Below, piece after piece: positions 29,180 to 39,159 of a DNA stretch of 64,000 nucleotides. The first letter of the stretch is position 1, and each line of letters begins with the position of its first letter. This DNA comes from a phage: NCBI GenBank assembly GCA_012441205.1, contig GCA_012441205.1_4705.1. The stretch is one strand, 5' to 3'. A program made the position numbers and the translations under genes. The notes under the pieces were generated by a model that saw only the letters and a program-made list of their open reading frames with translations, ran no database searches and was not told the origin of the DNA.

Positions 29180-29774
29180 CTGTTAGCTCCTGGGGACGTT
29201 CAACAATCGCGCCAGACGGGCAGATATTGATCGTAATGTTAATTGACGGCATCGCCATCACTCGAGGATTACTATTACGTACGCGGACAACGTGTTCGGT
29301 TGCTGATTTACGATCGACGCAATACTCTGTTTCTTGGAACTCAAATGCTTTTAACGGTGTTGGTTTTGTTTGACGTTTAGGAACGCGGCCAAGATCGACA
29401 ATATAGGCATAATCGCACACACGTTCTATTCCGTAAATACGGTTATCCGACCAGTTCTTACCAAACAGCTTATTGTGGTGATAAGACAGATATTCGGTTA
29501 CCATACCCTGGACAACATCGAAGTCTTCTCGAAATTCAGGTTGGTACCAAATCGGACCGAGAATATCTGCGAACGATTCATGACGATATCGAGGATCATG
29601 TCGAGTCCAGGTCATTCTCTGATTAAGATCGAAATCCACCAACAACTCGGTTAATTGCAATTTTTCCTTCGGAGAAAGCTGGCGTTGATGATGCAAACTC
29701 AGGCAATCGATAAGCGGTAATGAAACCCACGATGCTAATGTGTACAAATCGATCCTGGCTAATCTCTTGGTCAT
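28797..29774 (-). CDS. hypothetical protein (3' end uncertain)
   Basis: 325-aa ORF; Arg-rich tail looks non-coding. Confidence 0.4.
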   Translation of the reverse strand: MTKRLARIDLYTLASWVSLPLIDCLSLHHQRQLSPKEKLQLTELLVDFDLNQRMTWTRHDPRYRHESFADILGPIWYQPEFREDFDVVQGMVTEYLSYHHNKLFGKNWSDNRIYGIERVCDYAYIVDLGRVPKRQTKPTPLKAFEFQETEYCVDRKSATEHVVRVRNSNPRVMAMPSINITINICPSGAIVERPQELTDEQFEWLGQLEELRLAHAKRKAEQLANEPVYIKQGLALKERFKQRRSVFGPVQPVLYEFGVPEYRMDAESVATAFLDNGEIHRQGARSSGPFRPVRVQRPRRHRHTKSRTGNDDVSRDMDRSHYRTY

Positions 29775-29865
29775 ACTCTTTTCCTAAGTCCCCATTGTTT
29801 ATACACACGATATCTGGGAATAGTTAAAATATACGGCGTAAAACGAAGCAGGAGAGTTTCTGACG

Positions 29866-30186
29866 TCATTTTCTCCCTCTTCGAATACCACCGATACCTC
29901 TTTCGTCTAAGACGTCCCAGGCACGCTTTATTTCATCCTCTGTTGCTCTGGTATCTGGAGGGACAACCATAACACAGTCGTGGAATGGCCAATGTGTAGG
30001 TCTGGGGTTAGCGAACAAATCATCCCATTCAAATGTCCATTCTTTCTTTGAGCGGTTGTAGTAGAACGTAAGATACGTATTGGTGTATGCTAGATAACCG
30101 TGCATAACCTCAATATTCTTACGATCCAGCCGTTCCTGATTCCAATCGTTAAACCGCTTTCTTATTTTCTCCCACCATTTTCCCAT
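29866..30186 (-). CDS. hypothetical protein
   Basis: 106-aa ORF, AGGAGAAAGC RBS, follows a UUCG-loop terminator. Confidence 0.5.
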   Translation of the reverse strand: MGKWWEKIRKRFNDWNQERLDRKNIEVMHGYLAYTNTYLTFYYNRSKKEWTFEWDDLFANPRPTHWPFHDCVMVVPPDTRATEDEIKRAWDVLDERGIGGIRRGRK

Positions 30187-30209
30187 GCTTTCTCCTACAC
30201 GGCATAAAA

Positions 30210-30229
30210 GCCTGCCCCGAAGGACAGGC
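30210..30229 (-). terminator. hairpin with UUCG tetraloop followed by UUUUAU
   Basis: 8-bp stem GCCTGTCC/GGGCAGGC in transcript sense. Confidence 0.5.
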
Positions 30230-30239
30230 TCGATAGAAC

Positions 30240-30440
30240 TTAACGACCATCCAATTTCAATGAAGGATGGTTGACGATATGTGCGTGTTTTGCTGGGTCA
30301 TATAGCTGATATGGAAAATAGCCATGCCATTGACGGCCTTGGCATTTCGTACACAGGAACTGACCAACACCTTGTCGATTCTCGTAAGCGAGTTCGGTAC
30401 TATCAACATGACCGCAACGTTCGCAGATAAACAGCGACAT
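30240..30440 (-). CDS. small zinc-ribbon protein
   Basis: 66 aa with CxxC...CxxC (CERCGH...CTKCQG). Confidence 0.5.
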   Translation of the reverse strand: MSLFICERCGHVDSTELAYENRQGVGQFLCTKCQGRQWHGYFPYQLYDPAKHAHIVNHPSLKLDGR

Positions 30441-30477
30441 AGCGCATCCCCATTCACTTGAACCTTTTGGTTCGGCA

Positions 30478-31458
30478 TTAGAAAAGCAAGAAACCGCTAT
30501 TCTTCGCTTCCGCTACAGTTTCGTCACCAACTTTCGGCGCTTGTTGACGTGCGTTACGATGTTCGATGTAACGTTTCGCTTCGTCCGCGATCTGTTTGAT
30601 AATACCCCCTAAACGATCGGTACTTAAAACAAACGACGTCGCTTCACGAATTGGGCTGCTTTCAGGCACAAAACCATCGCAGCTGTAAATAGCGCTAACG
30701 CCCATGACTTTTGTCGCGTCTTTCGGATAAAGCGTACAGAAAGCAATCGGGCTATCGTTCTCTTTCGTCCAATCGTATCCCATGAACGTATTCAGTTCGG
30801 TGATCGTTGGTTCCAAACCGGTAACACGTGGATGGTTTAAGAAGTTTTCCAGGTCGGCGCTGTCAAGACGACGGTTCTCGCCAGAAAACAGAACACAAAG
30901 CTGGCTAATAACAACCTGCACGTCCAGGTTGACATCCTGCTCCGATTTCCCATTTTCGCCATTCATGTGATAGCTAACAATCACTGGACGTTTCAACCCT
31001 TCTGCAGCCGCCATCAGTCCTTTGAAGGTGCGATCGGCGTTGATCGTTTGACGCTCGTCATCGAACGAGGCAACGATGCAACACACCACACGTTCACCAC
31101 GTTCCAGCAGGTTAGCAACCAACGCAGGACCTGCAACAGAACCTGAACCACCGCTCAGACTAAAGACCACGATATTAAATTTACCTGGCGTATGCTTATT
31201 CAGAATACCCGGGATTTGTGAACAGATCAGTTCAGCGTTCTCATCACGCTTCTTACCAGAACCGTCTAACTCACGACCGGCTACATCTTTAAAGATGTAA
31301 ATATGATCGTCACCCAGTGTGCTATCGCGTAGGTTAGCGCGGCTGGTATCGACATACGTCATGCTGTGTAATCCTTTCGCGACTTCGCCTTCAAATGCTG
31401 AGCCGATTTCGCCACCACAACCACCGACAGCCCAAATATGTACTTGGTTCTCTTGCAT
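30478..31458 (-). CDS. phuZ: tubulin/FtsZ-like GTPase, PhuZ-like
   Basis: N-terminal IWAVGGCGGEIG (T1 loop-like) and FSLSGGSGSVAG (tubulin signature GGGTGSG-like); 326 aa. Confidence 0.65.
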   Translation of the reverse strand: MQENQVHIWAVGGCGGEIGSAFEGEVAKGLHSMTYVDTSRANLRDSTLGDDHIYIFKDVAGRELDGSGKKRDENAELICSQIPGILNKHTPGKFNIVVFSLSGGSGSVAGPALVANLLERGERVVCCIVASFDDERQTINADRTFKGLMAAAEGLKRPVIVSYHMNGENGKSEQDVNLDVQVVISQLCVLFSGENRRLDSADLENFLNHPRVTGLEPTITELNTFMGYDWTKENDSPIAFCTLYPKDATKVMGVSAIYSCDGFVPESSPIREATSFVLSTDRLGGIIKQIADEAKRYIEHRNARQQAPKVGDETVAEAKNSGFLLF

Positions 31459-31522
31459 GTGAACTCCTAACTTAATATGTATTTAACGTACAATGAATCT
31501 TTCTTTGCTAAAGGGGTGACCC

Positions 31523-32365
31523 ATGGGTGCTATTGACTACAGTGTAGATCGTATCTGTCGTACAATACCGGCAGATATCCTACAGTATTGCTATATCGAT
31601 CGTTACGACTGGCGTAATCGCTATCCTCGTTCCGTAGAAGACATCATTACCGATTGGGTAATCCGTAAACGGGTTATCGGCGACATCGATATCTACGGGG
31701 GACTACAAACCGTTATTCCCCTTGATGATGCAGGTGTCACAATCGAAGAAGTCACCATTAACTGTTATGTTTTCCACATTCCGTTGGAAGCCACACAGGG
31801 ACGTTATATCACGTCCGCATTATCCATTATTTCAGGGAGCGTGAACAACTACGGAATAAACTATAACGGGCAATGGGGCGCTTTCAACCAAACCCAATTT
31901 CAACGTCAGCTTTGTGGGTGGAACCCCGCAAGCAACACGTTACAGCAAGGGATGAACGCGTTCGGTCCCATGAACGTTCTTAGTACAGCCAACGTTGATA
32001 TCATCGCCCCTAACACCATCATGGTGAACAACGTCACGCCTGTACAATTTCCCCTGAGCCTACGCTGTTTCCTTGCCCACGATCCGGAACTTACCAACCT
32101 CAGCATGGAGGTTTGGAACGACTTCTACAAACTCTGTTTATACGCCACGCAAAGTGACATCTACAACAGAACCGTTATCCGTCTCGATAGAGGTGTTACA
32201 GCACAAGGACAAGAAGTCGGTGCATTCAAGGAATACATCGATCGCTTTGCTGATGCTGAAAACACATATCAGGAATTCCTGAACGAAACGTGGGCTGGCG
32301 TTGCTGCCTGGAACGATCCACAAACTAAACGTCGCGCCATTCGACTACAAACCGGTTACTTCTGA
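31523..32365 (+). CDS. hypothetical protein
   Basis: 280-aa plus-strand ORF, AAAGGGGTG RBS. Confidence 0.5.
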   Translation: MGAIDYSVDRICRTIPADILQYCYIDRYDWRNRYPRSVEDIITDWVIRKRVIGDIDIYGGLQTVIPLDDAGVTIEEVTINCYVFHIPLEATQGRYITSALSIISGSVNNYGINYNGQWGAFNQTQFQRQLCGWNPASNTLQQGMNAFGPMNVLSTANVDIIAPNTIMVNNVTPVQFPLSLRCFLAHDPELTNLSMEVWNDFYKLCLYATQSDIYNRTVIRLDRGVTAQGQEVGAFKEYIDRFADAENTYQEFLNETWAGVAAWNDPQTKRRAIRLQTGYF

Positions 32366-32892
32366 TTAACGACAGCTTCCTCCCTCGGTGTTTTCGAGGG
32401 AGGTATTTGCCGTTTAAACACTTTCAGCACGTTCGCAAATTCAGCGGCAATAATACAGGCCGAGGTTGATAGCTTATTACTGAAAATGAGATCGTCCGGT
32501 AAACAATCGAACTGAATACCGTATTGCGTCTTTGTCTCATCAACGATCAATGACGGTGTCGATCTTGTCTTCGCGATGTCGGTGATATACAAACGTAGAA
32601 ATAATTCACCGTCTTCGCTATCCATAAAACGATAGGCGTTACCAGAAAACGCAACACATGGCGTAACGATAAATTGAACACGATCGTCGGTCGGATGGAT
32701 ATTTAACCAACGTTCGATATCATTACTACTCACATTTCGCATATTTACTACGGTAAAAGCAAATAGCGTATCGTGATGTTTGGAATAATGCAGCACGTAC
32801 GCCGCACCTTTCTTTCTGTGAATCCCTTCAATGTATTCTATTGTCGTATAGCCGGATTTATATAGCTTTACTTGCGGTTTATCACTCATCAT
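32356..32892 (-). CDS. hypothetical protein
   Basis: start set at ATGATG overlapping the upstream stop (ATGA), GGAAGGG RBS. Confidence 0.45.
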   Translation of the reverse strand: MMSDKPQVKLYKSGYTTIEYIEGIHRKKGAAYVLHYSKHHDTLFAFTVVNMRNVSSNDIERWLNIHPTDDRVQFIVTPCVAFSGNAYRFMDSEDGELFLRLYITDIAKTRSTPSLIVDETKTQYGIQFDCLPDDLIFSNKLSTSACIIAAEFANVLKVFKRQIPPSKTPREEAVVNQK

Positions 32893-33188
32893 AACAACCC
32901 TTCCCGTTTCATCGCAGCACGCATACTTGCGTAAAGCGCATTCTTCATCGCACCTGGACGCAACGGATAACAAATCTCATATCGACGTCCTTGTTTTACA
33001 GCAATTTTCCTTCCATTCAGAAACAACGTGCCATTATCCAGCAACAACTCACCTTGTAGTACCATGAGTCCTGCTTTAACATGACGTCCTTCTTCTTTCG
33101 TTAAGACCTTATAGCCGTGTTTATCCAATAACCACAATTCGTAGATACCATGCGCAGCCTTCGGCATTACTTTCTTCTTCGTCGTCAT
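32889..33188 (-). CDS. hypothetical protein
   Basis: 99-aa basic ORF. Confidence 0.45.
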   Translation of the reverse strand: MTTKKKVMPKAAHGIYELWLLDKHGYKVLTKEEGRHVKAGLMVLQGELLLDNGTLFLNGRKIAVKQGRRYEICYPLRPGAMKNALYASMRAAMKREGLL

Positions 33189-33200
33189 GGAAGATCCTCC

Positions 33201-33575
33201 TTAAACTCCTTGTCGGATCATCACCAACCGGAGCATGTTGTATTCCAATGTAGCGCTTTCTAATTCGAATTCATATCGATACCAGAAATTCGGCTCTAAT
33301 TGACCTACAACACATTTACGAACATCTGTCTGCACCTTCCTCGACAACACCTGTAACAGTTGTGTTATCTCCGGCTTGAAGTAATGCGCCAAACCTAACT
33401 GATCAGAATAAAACAGGCCACAATCAAAGATGGCCTGTAAAATAACATATTCAACCATCAGGTGACGCGCATCGGGGTCAGGGAATGGCGAACGTAAAGC
33501 GAGATCTAACACATCGACGATTGGGCCGACATAAATGGCGGCACGGTACTCACGAATAACACTGATGTTATCCAT
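33201..33575 (-). CDS. hypothetical protein
   Basis: 124-aa ORF. Confidence 0.45.
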   Translation of the reverse strand: MDNISVIREYRAAIYVGPIVDVLDLALRSPFPDPDARHLMVEYVILQAIFDCGLFYSDQLGLAHYFKPEITQLLQVLSRKVQTDVRKCVVGQLEPNFWYRYEFELESATLEYNMLRLVMIRQGV

Positions 33576-33588
33576 GATAACCTATTCG

Positions 33589-34413
33589 TTAACTATCGCT
33601 TTCTGACGTATCGACGTAGTTGAAAATACGATCCCGTAAACACTCGTAACGAGGCAACGCGCTAAGAATGATCATCTTCAACTGCATCGCGATCGATACA
33701 CGTTCTTCATTCGATGCATCGTCTCCCCATTTACCCGGCTTAACCTGAATGGGTTCGTGCGGATCCTGCGGGAATATAAAACTTAACAACAGATAATCTG
33801 TGCGGAACTCCCACACTTCTCGACCGTCGTTATCGGTTTCCTTACGCAACGTGAAGAGTTGACGTTCGGTGGTTGGATCCAACATCAGCGGTCGGCCACG
33901 AACAATCTCCAGTTTACGTGGGCTGACGAACGTCGTACGTTCAGGAAGGTATTTTTCAACATCATCCGTATCCAACAAGAACAAAATGATGTCGTCGAAA
34001 TACTTCGGTGCGTACGTGTGTATCGGTTCACCGTCGCTATACGAAGAGATCTCTTGAAGTATTGGTGTCTTACACGAAAAGTTCTGGCATGAGCCGCGGG
34101 TGATCGGTAAGGTGGTCCATTGATGTTCTGTAGACAATTCAACAGGCACTAACGGATAGTCATCAATGAAAACCACACACGTTGTACTAATGGGTATTCT
34201 TCCATCATTACCGGGTTCAAAAACCAAACGTATCTTACCGGTAATCAACGCCATCTCATCTGGCATTAAATGGCTTGCTGAACGGGCAAGTCTGAAACCG
34301 CTCGCCTGTTTATAAGGTTCGGGTTTATAGCCACGGACAATAAGAGACACATCCGCAAGTTCAACGCTCACGAATGCATCTTTGATGTCTTCATTGTTCG
34401 TCGTTAACGTCAT
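33589..34413 (-). CDS. hypothetical protein
   Basis: 274-aa ORF. Confidence 0.5.
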   Translation of the reverse strand: MTLTTNNEDIKDAFVSVELADVSLIVRGYKPEPYKQASGFRLARSASHLMPDEMALITGKIRLVFEPGNDGRIPISTTCVVFIDDYPLVPVELSTEHQWTTLPITRGSCQNFSCKTPILQEISSYSDGEPIHTYAPKYFDDIILFLLDTDDVEKYLPERTTFVSPRKLEIVRGRPLMLDPTTERQLFTLRKETDNDGREVWEFRTDYLLLSFIFPQDPHEPIQVKPGKWGDDASNEERVSIAMQLKMIILSALPRYECLRDRIFNYVDTSESDS

Positions 34414-35428
34414 TGTTCATTTTCTCCATTGCAACGAATCGTTCAAGCTCGCGTAATAAACGCTCTTTTAACGCAGGATCAACTTCCGGAGCATGTTTAT
34501 CACGATACCACTCTGTCCCGTTGTATTGCAGGCTAACATGCCATGTTCCTAACGGGCTTTCCTCTGCAGCGGCGATGAAATTCTTAACGCCGGTTTTGGT
34601 AGGATACTCCATGATAGGAATAGCCTGCTTCAGATCCATTACGGTAAGATCCTGGAAGTTATAATCCAGGAGCGTTAATGCACGTTTGTCGCGTAACAGT
34701 AACCCGCAATCCAAGATAGTGAAATCGATACCCCAAAATTGTAGCTTACCGCCCGTACTGATAGGAATATGACCGCGATAAACCGCGAGATAAATCTCAC
34801 CTTTATCGGTTTCTTTATTGTATCCTGCGATGAATGCTGCGGTAATTAACGGCTGATCGCCTTTCGCAAAGAAAACAGGATGCGTACGATAAAGCCAATC
34901 ATTACGGATTAAATCGGATACCTGACCTAAACGTGCCGTGGGCACCATTGTCGATCCTAAGTCACTATTACTAACTTCGAATTGGTAATATTCAAACAGA
35001 ACACCGTCGACTTCTTCTTTAGCGTATGGTTCACGATCCGGATTAGCGAGTATATAACGCAACTTATTATCGATTTCGGCTACGCGTTCCTCATGGGTAT
35101 CCATAAGGCTAGTGACGACGAAAGCAGCCAGATTACGTACGCTAAGGAACACGTCGTCTTTCTCCTGGTCGCTTAGTCCTTCTTCATCTGCTAGCGTTGT
35201 CCAATGCAGTGGTCCCTCCACCATTTTCAACCATTTGTCTTCACGCTCTGGGTAAACAAAGGGCTTGTGTACAGGAACGCTGGTATGCTGCACACGCAAT
35301 AGTAACGAACAAGGGGATTGCATTATCGACTCCCATGGCACTATACCACTCGTGACAGCGATGACGTGACGATTAAGAACAAGAGAAGCTGAATAAGTAA
35401 TGTTATCTAATCCTGGTAATTGATCCAT
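34391..35428 (-). CDS. hypothetical protein
   Basis: 345-aa ORF, first gene after the AT-rich intergenic region. Confidence 0.5.
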   Translation of the reverse strand: MDQLPGLDNITYSASLVLNRHVIAVTSGIVPWESIMQSPCSLLLRVQHTSVPVHKPFVYPEREDKWLKMVEGPLHWTTLADEEGLSDQEKDDVFLSVRNLAAFVVTSLMDTHEERVAEIDNKLRYILANPDREPYAKEEVDGVLFEYYQFEVSNSDLGSTMVPTARLGQVSDLIRNDWLYRTHPVFFAKGDQPLITAAFIAGYNKETDKGEIYLAVYRGHIPISTGGKLQFWGIDFTILDCGLLLRDKRALTLLDYNFQDLTVMDLKQAIPIMEYPTKTGVKNFIAAAEESPLGTWHVSLQYNGTEWYRDKHAPEVDPALKERLLRELERFVAMEKMNNDVNDEQ

Positions 35429-35683
35429 GATAGAAATCCTTAGTATGTTTGATATGTTGTTTAATTAACATATTAAGTTTAAAAGAGGTTATGTTTTACG
35501 TATTGTTAATAACGTATTCTTATCTCTATTAAGTTATGTTCTATCTAAAGATAGTAAACAGATATAATGCTCCCCACCTCCCCATTCTCCCAAGTAATAC
35601 TGGCCTACCGGCCCTCTCCTTTTTAAGGGAGAGAGTAAGCATTCAGTATTGCTCAAATGAATAAGCAAAACAGTATAAACTTA

Positions 35684-35707
35684 CCGTCTCGAGTTATCTC
35701 GAGACGG
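35684..35707 (-). terminator. hairpin CCGTCTCGAG/CTCGAGACGG
   Basis: 10-bp perfect stem followed by a U-rich tract. Confidence 0.5.
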
Positions 35708-35736
35708 CGTAGTAGTATCTGTTTATCTCTTTTATG

Positions 35737-36090
35737 CTAACAGCCTATTTCTGCATGAACCTTTAACGATTCGAATACATCTTGCTTCTTTATCATCGTC
35801 TTGTATAAACGTGATTGAGCAATGATCTTTATCCATTGTTGTGGATCGCGTAAATTCACATTTTCAAAACGGGGTGGGGTATTATCTCCGTCGAGTCGGA
35901 TATACCCTAAGAGCAATCCTTCATGGTCTCCTCGACGGATTTCGATATGCGGTTTGAGGAAGACATGATTGTCTGGTGGATACCAGCTTACGGTGTAGTA
36001 ATGGTTTCCTGAAACAACGAATTCGTGAACGGCTTTTGTCTCATCGTCAATGACCGCATTTACGCTGGGAATCATTAATTTTTGAAGCAT
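35737..36090 (-). CDS. hypothetical protein
   Basis: 117-aa ORF followed by a 10-bp-stem terminator. Confidence 0.45.
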   Translation of the reverse strand: MLQKLMIPSVNAVIDDETKAVHEFVVSGNHYYTVSWYPPDNHVFLKPHIEIRRGDHEGLLLGYIRLDGDNTPPRFENVNLRDPQQWIKIIAQSRLYKTMIKKQDVFESLKVHAEIGC

Positions 36091-36674
36091 GGGACATAAA
36101 CCTCCATCAACATCGCATAAAGCGCACCAAGCCCATGCAGGACTTGGTTAGGTGCAAAGGTCGGAGTGTAGCATACTTGTTCGGTTGGTGCTTGTTGACG
36201 TAAGTCTAACGGATCTCCGTTGATAAGCATCTGCAGGAGATCAGCATCATCTTGCAATGTGTCTTCATCGATATACGCATCAACACAAAGCAGTCGGTGT
36301 AACTGTTCTGGTTTAATTGAAATACCTACAACCATGCAGTTGTTGTAGGTGGCGTTGTCCAGAAAGAAGTGAATGACGCCCGCTTGAGGATCGCCACCGT
36401 AGTGGAGCCAACGCGTAAAACCAGCCGACATCATCCATAGCGGGTTGTGTTGTAACGCACTGACGACGCGGGTCTCGAAATCCAAACCAAACTTCTGGAA
36501 GATTGCGCCCATCTGGAAACGATCTTCATCGAGACGGTAACGGAATATACAGGCATCCGATCCCGTTGAGTTATCATACACCGAAAGATACCCACGATGG
36601 ATTTCCACGGTAACATTGTTGTCGTCAAGCGTGGCGCTCGCAACGCCGTTAGAAAAGGTTGGAACAAAGCTCAT
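36075..36674 (-). CDS. hypothetical protein
   Basis: 199-aa ORF, overlapping starts/stops with neighbours. Confidence 0.5.
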   Translation of the reverse strand: MSFVPTFSNGVASATLDDNNVTVEIHRGYLSVYDNSTGSDACIFRYRLDEDRFQMGAIFQKFGLDFETRVVSALQHNPLWMMSAGFTRWLHYGGDPQAGVIHFFLDNATYNNCMVVGISIKPEQLHRLLCVDAYIDEDTLQDDADLLQMLINGDPLDLRQQAPTEQVCYTPTFAPNQVLHGLGALYAMLMEVYVPCFKN

Positions 36675-37222
36675 CTTGTAATCCTTAATTTACCTGAATG
36701 AATTATCGTTGATGGGTCCACGACGCGACCGTATTTCGCGTTACGTAATACACGATGCCCAAAGAAGTCAGCGGTTTCCAAAACAACCGTGTAACAACCC
36801 AGCTGATGTTGATGTCCCCAAAACCGTTCAATGGGAATCCAGCAGGGCGACATGCCTTTGTGTCGCCAATCCGTAACACAGCCGAATTCAGCAAACTGTT
36901 CAGTAAACCACTCGTCAATGTCGGTATCCGTAAAGAGAAACACGTGGTTTTTAACCAGATAAGCGAACCCAGGATAAAAAAGCTGAGGGTCATCTGGGTC
37001 ACGGAGATAAACACGAAGTTTGTCTAGCGTACCCTCGACAACGATTGTATCGGGTAATCCTGGCGGCGTGAACCGAAGTTGGAAGTTATCCTCGTTTGCC
37101 GAGGCGTTAACCAAATACCCCAGTTGAAGGGGTCGATGCAATTCGAAAAGGTTAAACGTTAATGCATATTCGATATACTCTAATCCTATATTCATGTCTG
37201 ACCTATGTGGTATGGACGGCAT
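36671..37222 (-). CDS. hypothetical protein
   Basis: 183-aa ORF. Confidence 0.5.
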   Translation of the reverse strand: MPSIPHRSDMNIGLEYIEYALTFNLFELHRPLQLGYLVNASANEDNFQLRFTPPGLPDTIVVEGTLDKLRVYLRDPDDPQLFYPGFAYLVKNHVFLFTDTDIDEWFTEQFAEFGCVTDWRHKGMSPCWIPIERFWGHQHQLGCYTVVLETADFFGHRVLRNAKYGRVVDPSTIIHSGKLRITR

Positions 37223-37307
37223 TGCATTGCCTTCCGCGAGTGTAATCAGGAAGGTAATGTAGGTTTATTTTAATCTCCATTTCGCGATGATATGACAGTC
37301 TTTATTA

Positions 37308-37319
37308 CGTTTACCATCT
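37308..37319 (+). promoter_or_regulatory. conserved 12-mer CGTTTACCATCT in 5' leader
   Basis: second copy, same spacing to ATG. Confidence 0.35.
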
Positions 37320-37333
37320 GAGGGAGCATGCTC

Positions 37334-38572
37334 ATGTCTTCTATTTTACAGGTGTTTAATGCGCATGCGGAAGGCATTGACATCGACGAGTATTTTGTTA
37401 ATCAGGTTATCCGTTACGCGACACGCTTCCGTACGCAAGACCAAGAACACATGCGTTTTTTCGGTGGGGTTCTGTTAGGTGTACAGAAAATCCGATTCAC
37501 AACAAGACATAACGATACATGGTTTTCCGACGTCTTGATGATGGATGAAGAAAGCTTACGGCGCGATTTGAGTAAACTACCCTTCTACAATACGCAGACC
37601 AACCGTGTTGCCTCAAACGCCTTTAACCTAAGTTGCTGTTGGTTGCTTTATGCGATCTTCCACAGCAAACAAATCAAAAAAGAAAAGGTTCGTGAAGCCG
37701 GGATGCTTGCAGCAATGCAAGTCCTCCATTATAAATTCATTTGCGGTCTGGTAGCACGACGTTATCCTTATAACGCCGATCCGGCTATCGCCATTAAGGC
37801 GTACGATGAGTTAACCCTCAAATCAGGCATCAAGCGCATGAATAGCTGGAATGAGTACATCGACGAACGCTGTAACGCCATCATTGCGCGCAATAGCACG
37901 CATTTCAGTCGCTGGTCAACCCTGGAACCAGATAGTGTCGCCGAACGTTTTGTGCGTGATGTGAATACCGGAATCCGTAAGGTTATCAACCGTATCACCG
38001 ATACGTACTATGCGATGTATGAAGAGGGTAAGAAGATAGGCACGTCCTCTCAAACTGTAGAATTAGACGACGGCCTCGCTGTTCGCGATATCAAACGCAA
38101 CGAAACCACTTATCGTCAATATCTGTTCGAAATCGCTTATGACCGAACAAGTTTCGTTAAACGTGAACTCATGGTCGTCATCCTCGACGTGCATCATACT
38201 ACCAATCTTTTATCCCTTGAGCGAGCGTTAAGCTATATCAGCGCTAACGTAGAACGACCGACAAGAGACGGAAAACAGGTCTCTCAGATGTTGCGGCTTG
38301 TAATGGAGCATGCTATCGAGTATATCATCTTGAATAAGGTCGATATGCGCGATCTTACGTTCTTATTCTACATGCGTAACGTGTACACGTCCAACCGTAC
38401 CAGCAACCCGAAACTGTTAGAACTGCGTAAACTTGGCTCTGAAGTCATTAAGAAAGCAACCAACGCGAGAAACGACGCTGAAGCTGCAGCGACACGTACC
38501 GGTGTCTTTCTGTATATCCTGCTTCGTGTGTTTAGCCGTAACTATTACGTTCGACGTGCGATGTCACGTTAA
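37334..38572 (+). CDS. hypothetical protein
   Basis: plus-strand ORF; ATG at 37334 is 7 nt after GAGGGAGC; conserved 12-mer in leader. Confidence 0.5.
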   Translation: MSSILQVFNAHAEGIDIDEYFVNQVIRYATRFRTQDQEHMRFFGGVLLGVQKIRFTTRHNDTWFSDVLMMDEESLRRDLSKLPFYNTQTNRVASNAFNLSCCWLLYAIFHSKQIKKEKVREAGMLAAMQVLHYKFICGLVARRYPYNADPAIAIKAYDELTLKSGIKRMNSWNEYIDERCNAIIARNSTHFSRWSTLEPDSVAERFVRDVNTGIRKVINRITDTYYAMYEEGKKIGTSSQTVELDDGLAVRDIKRNETTYRQYLFEIAYDRTSFVKRELMVVILDVHHTTNLLSLERALSYISANVERPTRDGKQVSQMLRLVMEHAIEYIILNKVDMRDLTFLFYMRNVYTSNRTSNPKLLELRKLGSEVIKKATNARNDAEAAATRTGVFLYILLRVFSRNYYVRRAMSR

Positions 38573-38720
38573 CAATGTAACGGTAAAACTTTACTGACGT
38601 TGGTTATTATTTGAAGCATAGGGCTTCACCCAGGAGTACCATCCCTTTAAGTCGTTTGTCCTCTCCTGGTTAACTGTCGTTCTCTCACAGTGCTCGACAG
38701 ACCAAAAATGCTCAGGCCTC

Positions 38721-38757
38721 ATAGCCTCCTCTGGGAATGGAACCCAGAGGAGGACTA
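38721..38757. terminator. hairpin between convergent genes (cctcctctggg/cccagaggagg)
   Basis: 11-bp stem. Confidence 0.45.
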
Positions 38758-38765
38758 TGTTTGCC

Positions 38766-39074
38766 TTAAAATTCAACGCGACCTTTTGTCGTAAACAATA
38801 CACCTCTTTGCCAACAGAAAAGATCCTCCGATTGAGCGCAAACACGAATACCCGCATCGAATAGATGTTTTGTTCTAGCGCTTAAACAATCAGGATCTTC
38901 TACATACAACAGAAGACGTTGGCATTTATTTTGAATGCGTTCGACAAGGATGTTCTTATCGCTTAAAATAAAATGCGCGTTATCTGTTAAGTTATCGTCG
39001 GTTTCCAGCTGCTTGACAAGTTTGATTAAAATACGTAATTGCTCAAGTGTGTCATGATCAAGTGAATCACCCAT
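38766..39074 (-). CDS. hypothetical protein
   Basis: start set at MGDSLD with GAGG RBS. Confidence 0.4.
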   Translation of the reverse strand: MGDSLDHDTLEQLRILIKLVKQLETDDNLTDNAHFILSDKNILVERIQNKCQRLLLYVEDPDCLSARTKHLFDAGIRVCAQSEDLFCWQRGVLFTTKGRVEF

Positions 39075-39159
39075 GGCGTACCTCAACGTTATACGTCGTT
39101 TGTATTATAATACGCTATCGTCTCCCCGCCAGTATTAACGGGGAGTCTGCAGACTACTC

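Noticed and set aside
38591-38857. 88-aa minus-strand ORF
   Set aside because: Overlaps the convergent terminator hairpin and the 3' end of the neighbouring gene; junk-like composition.
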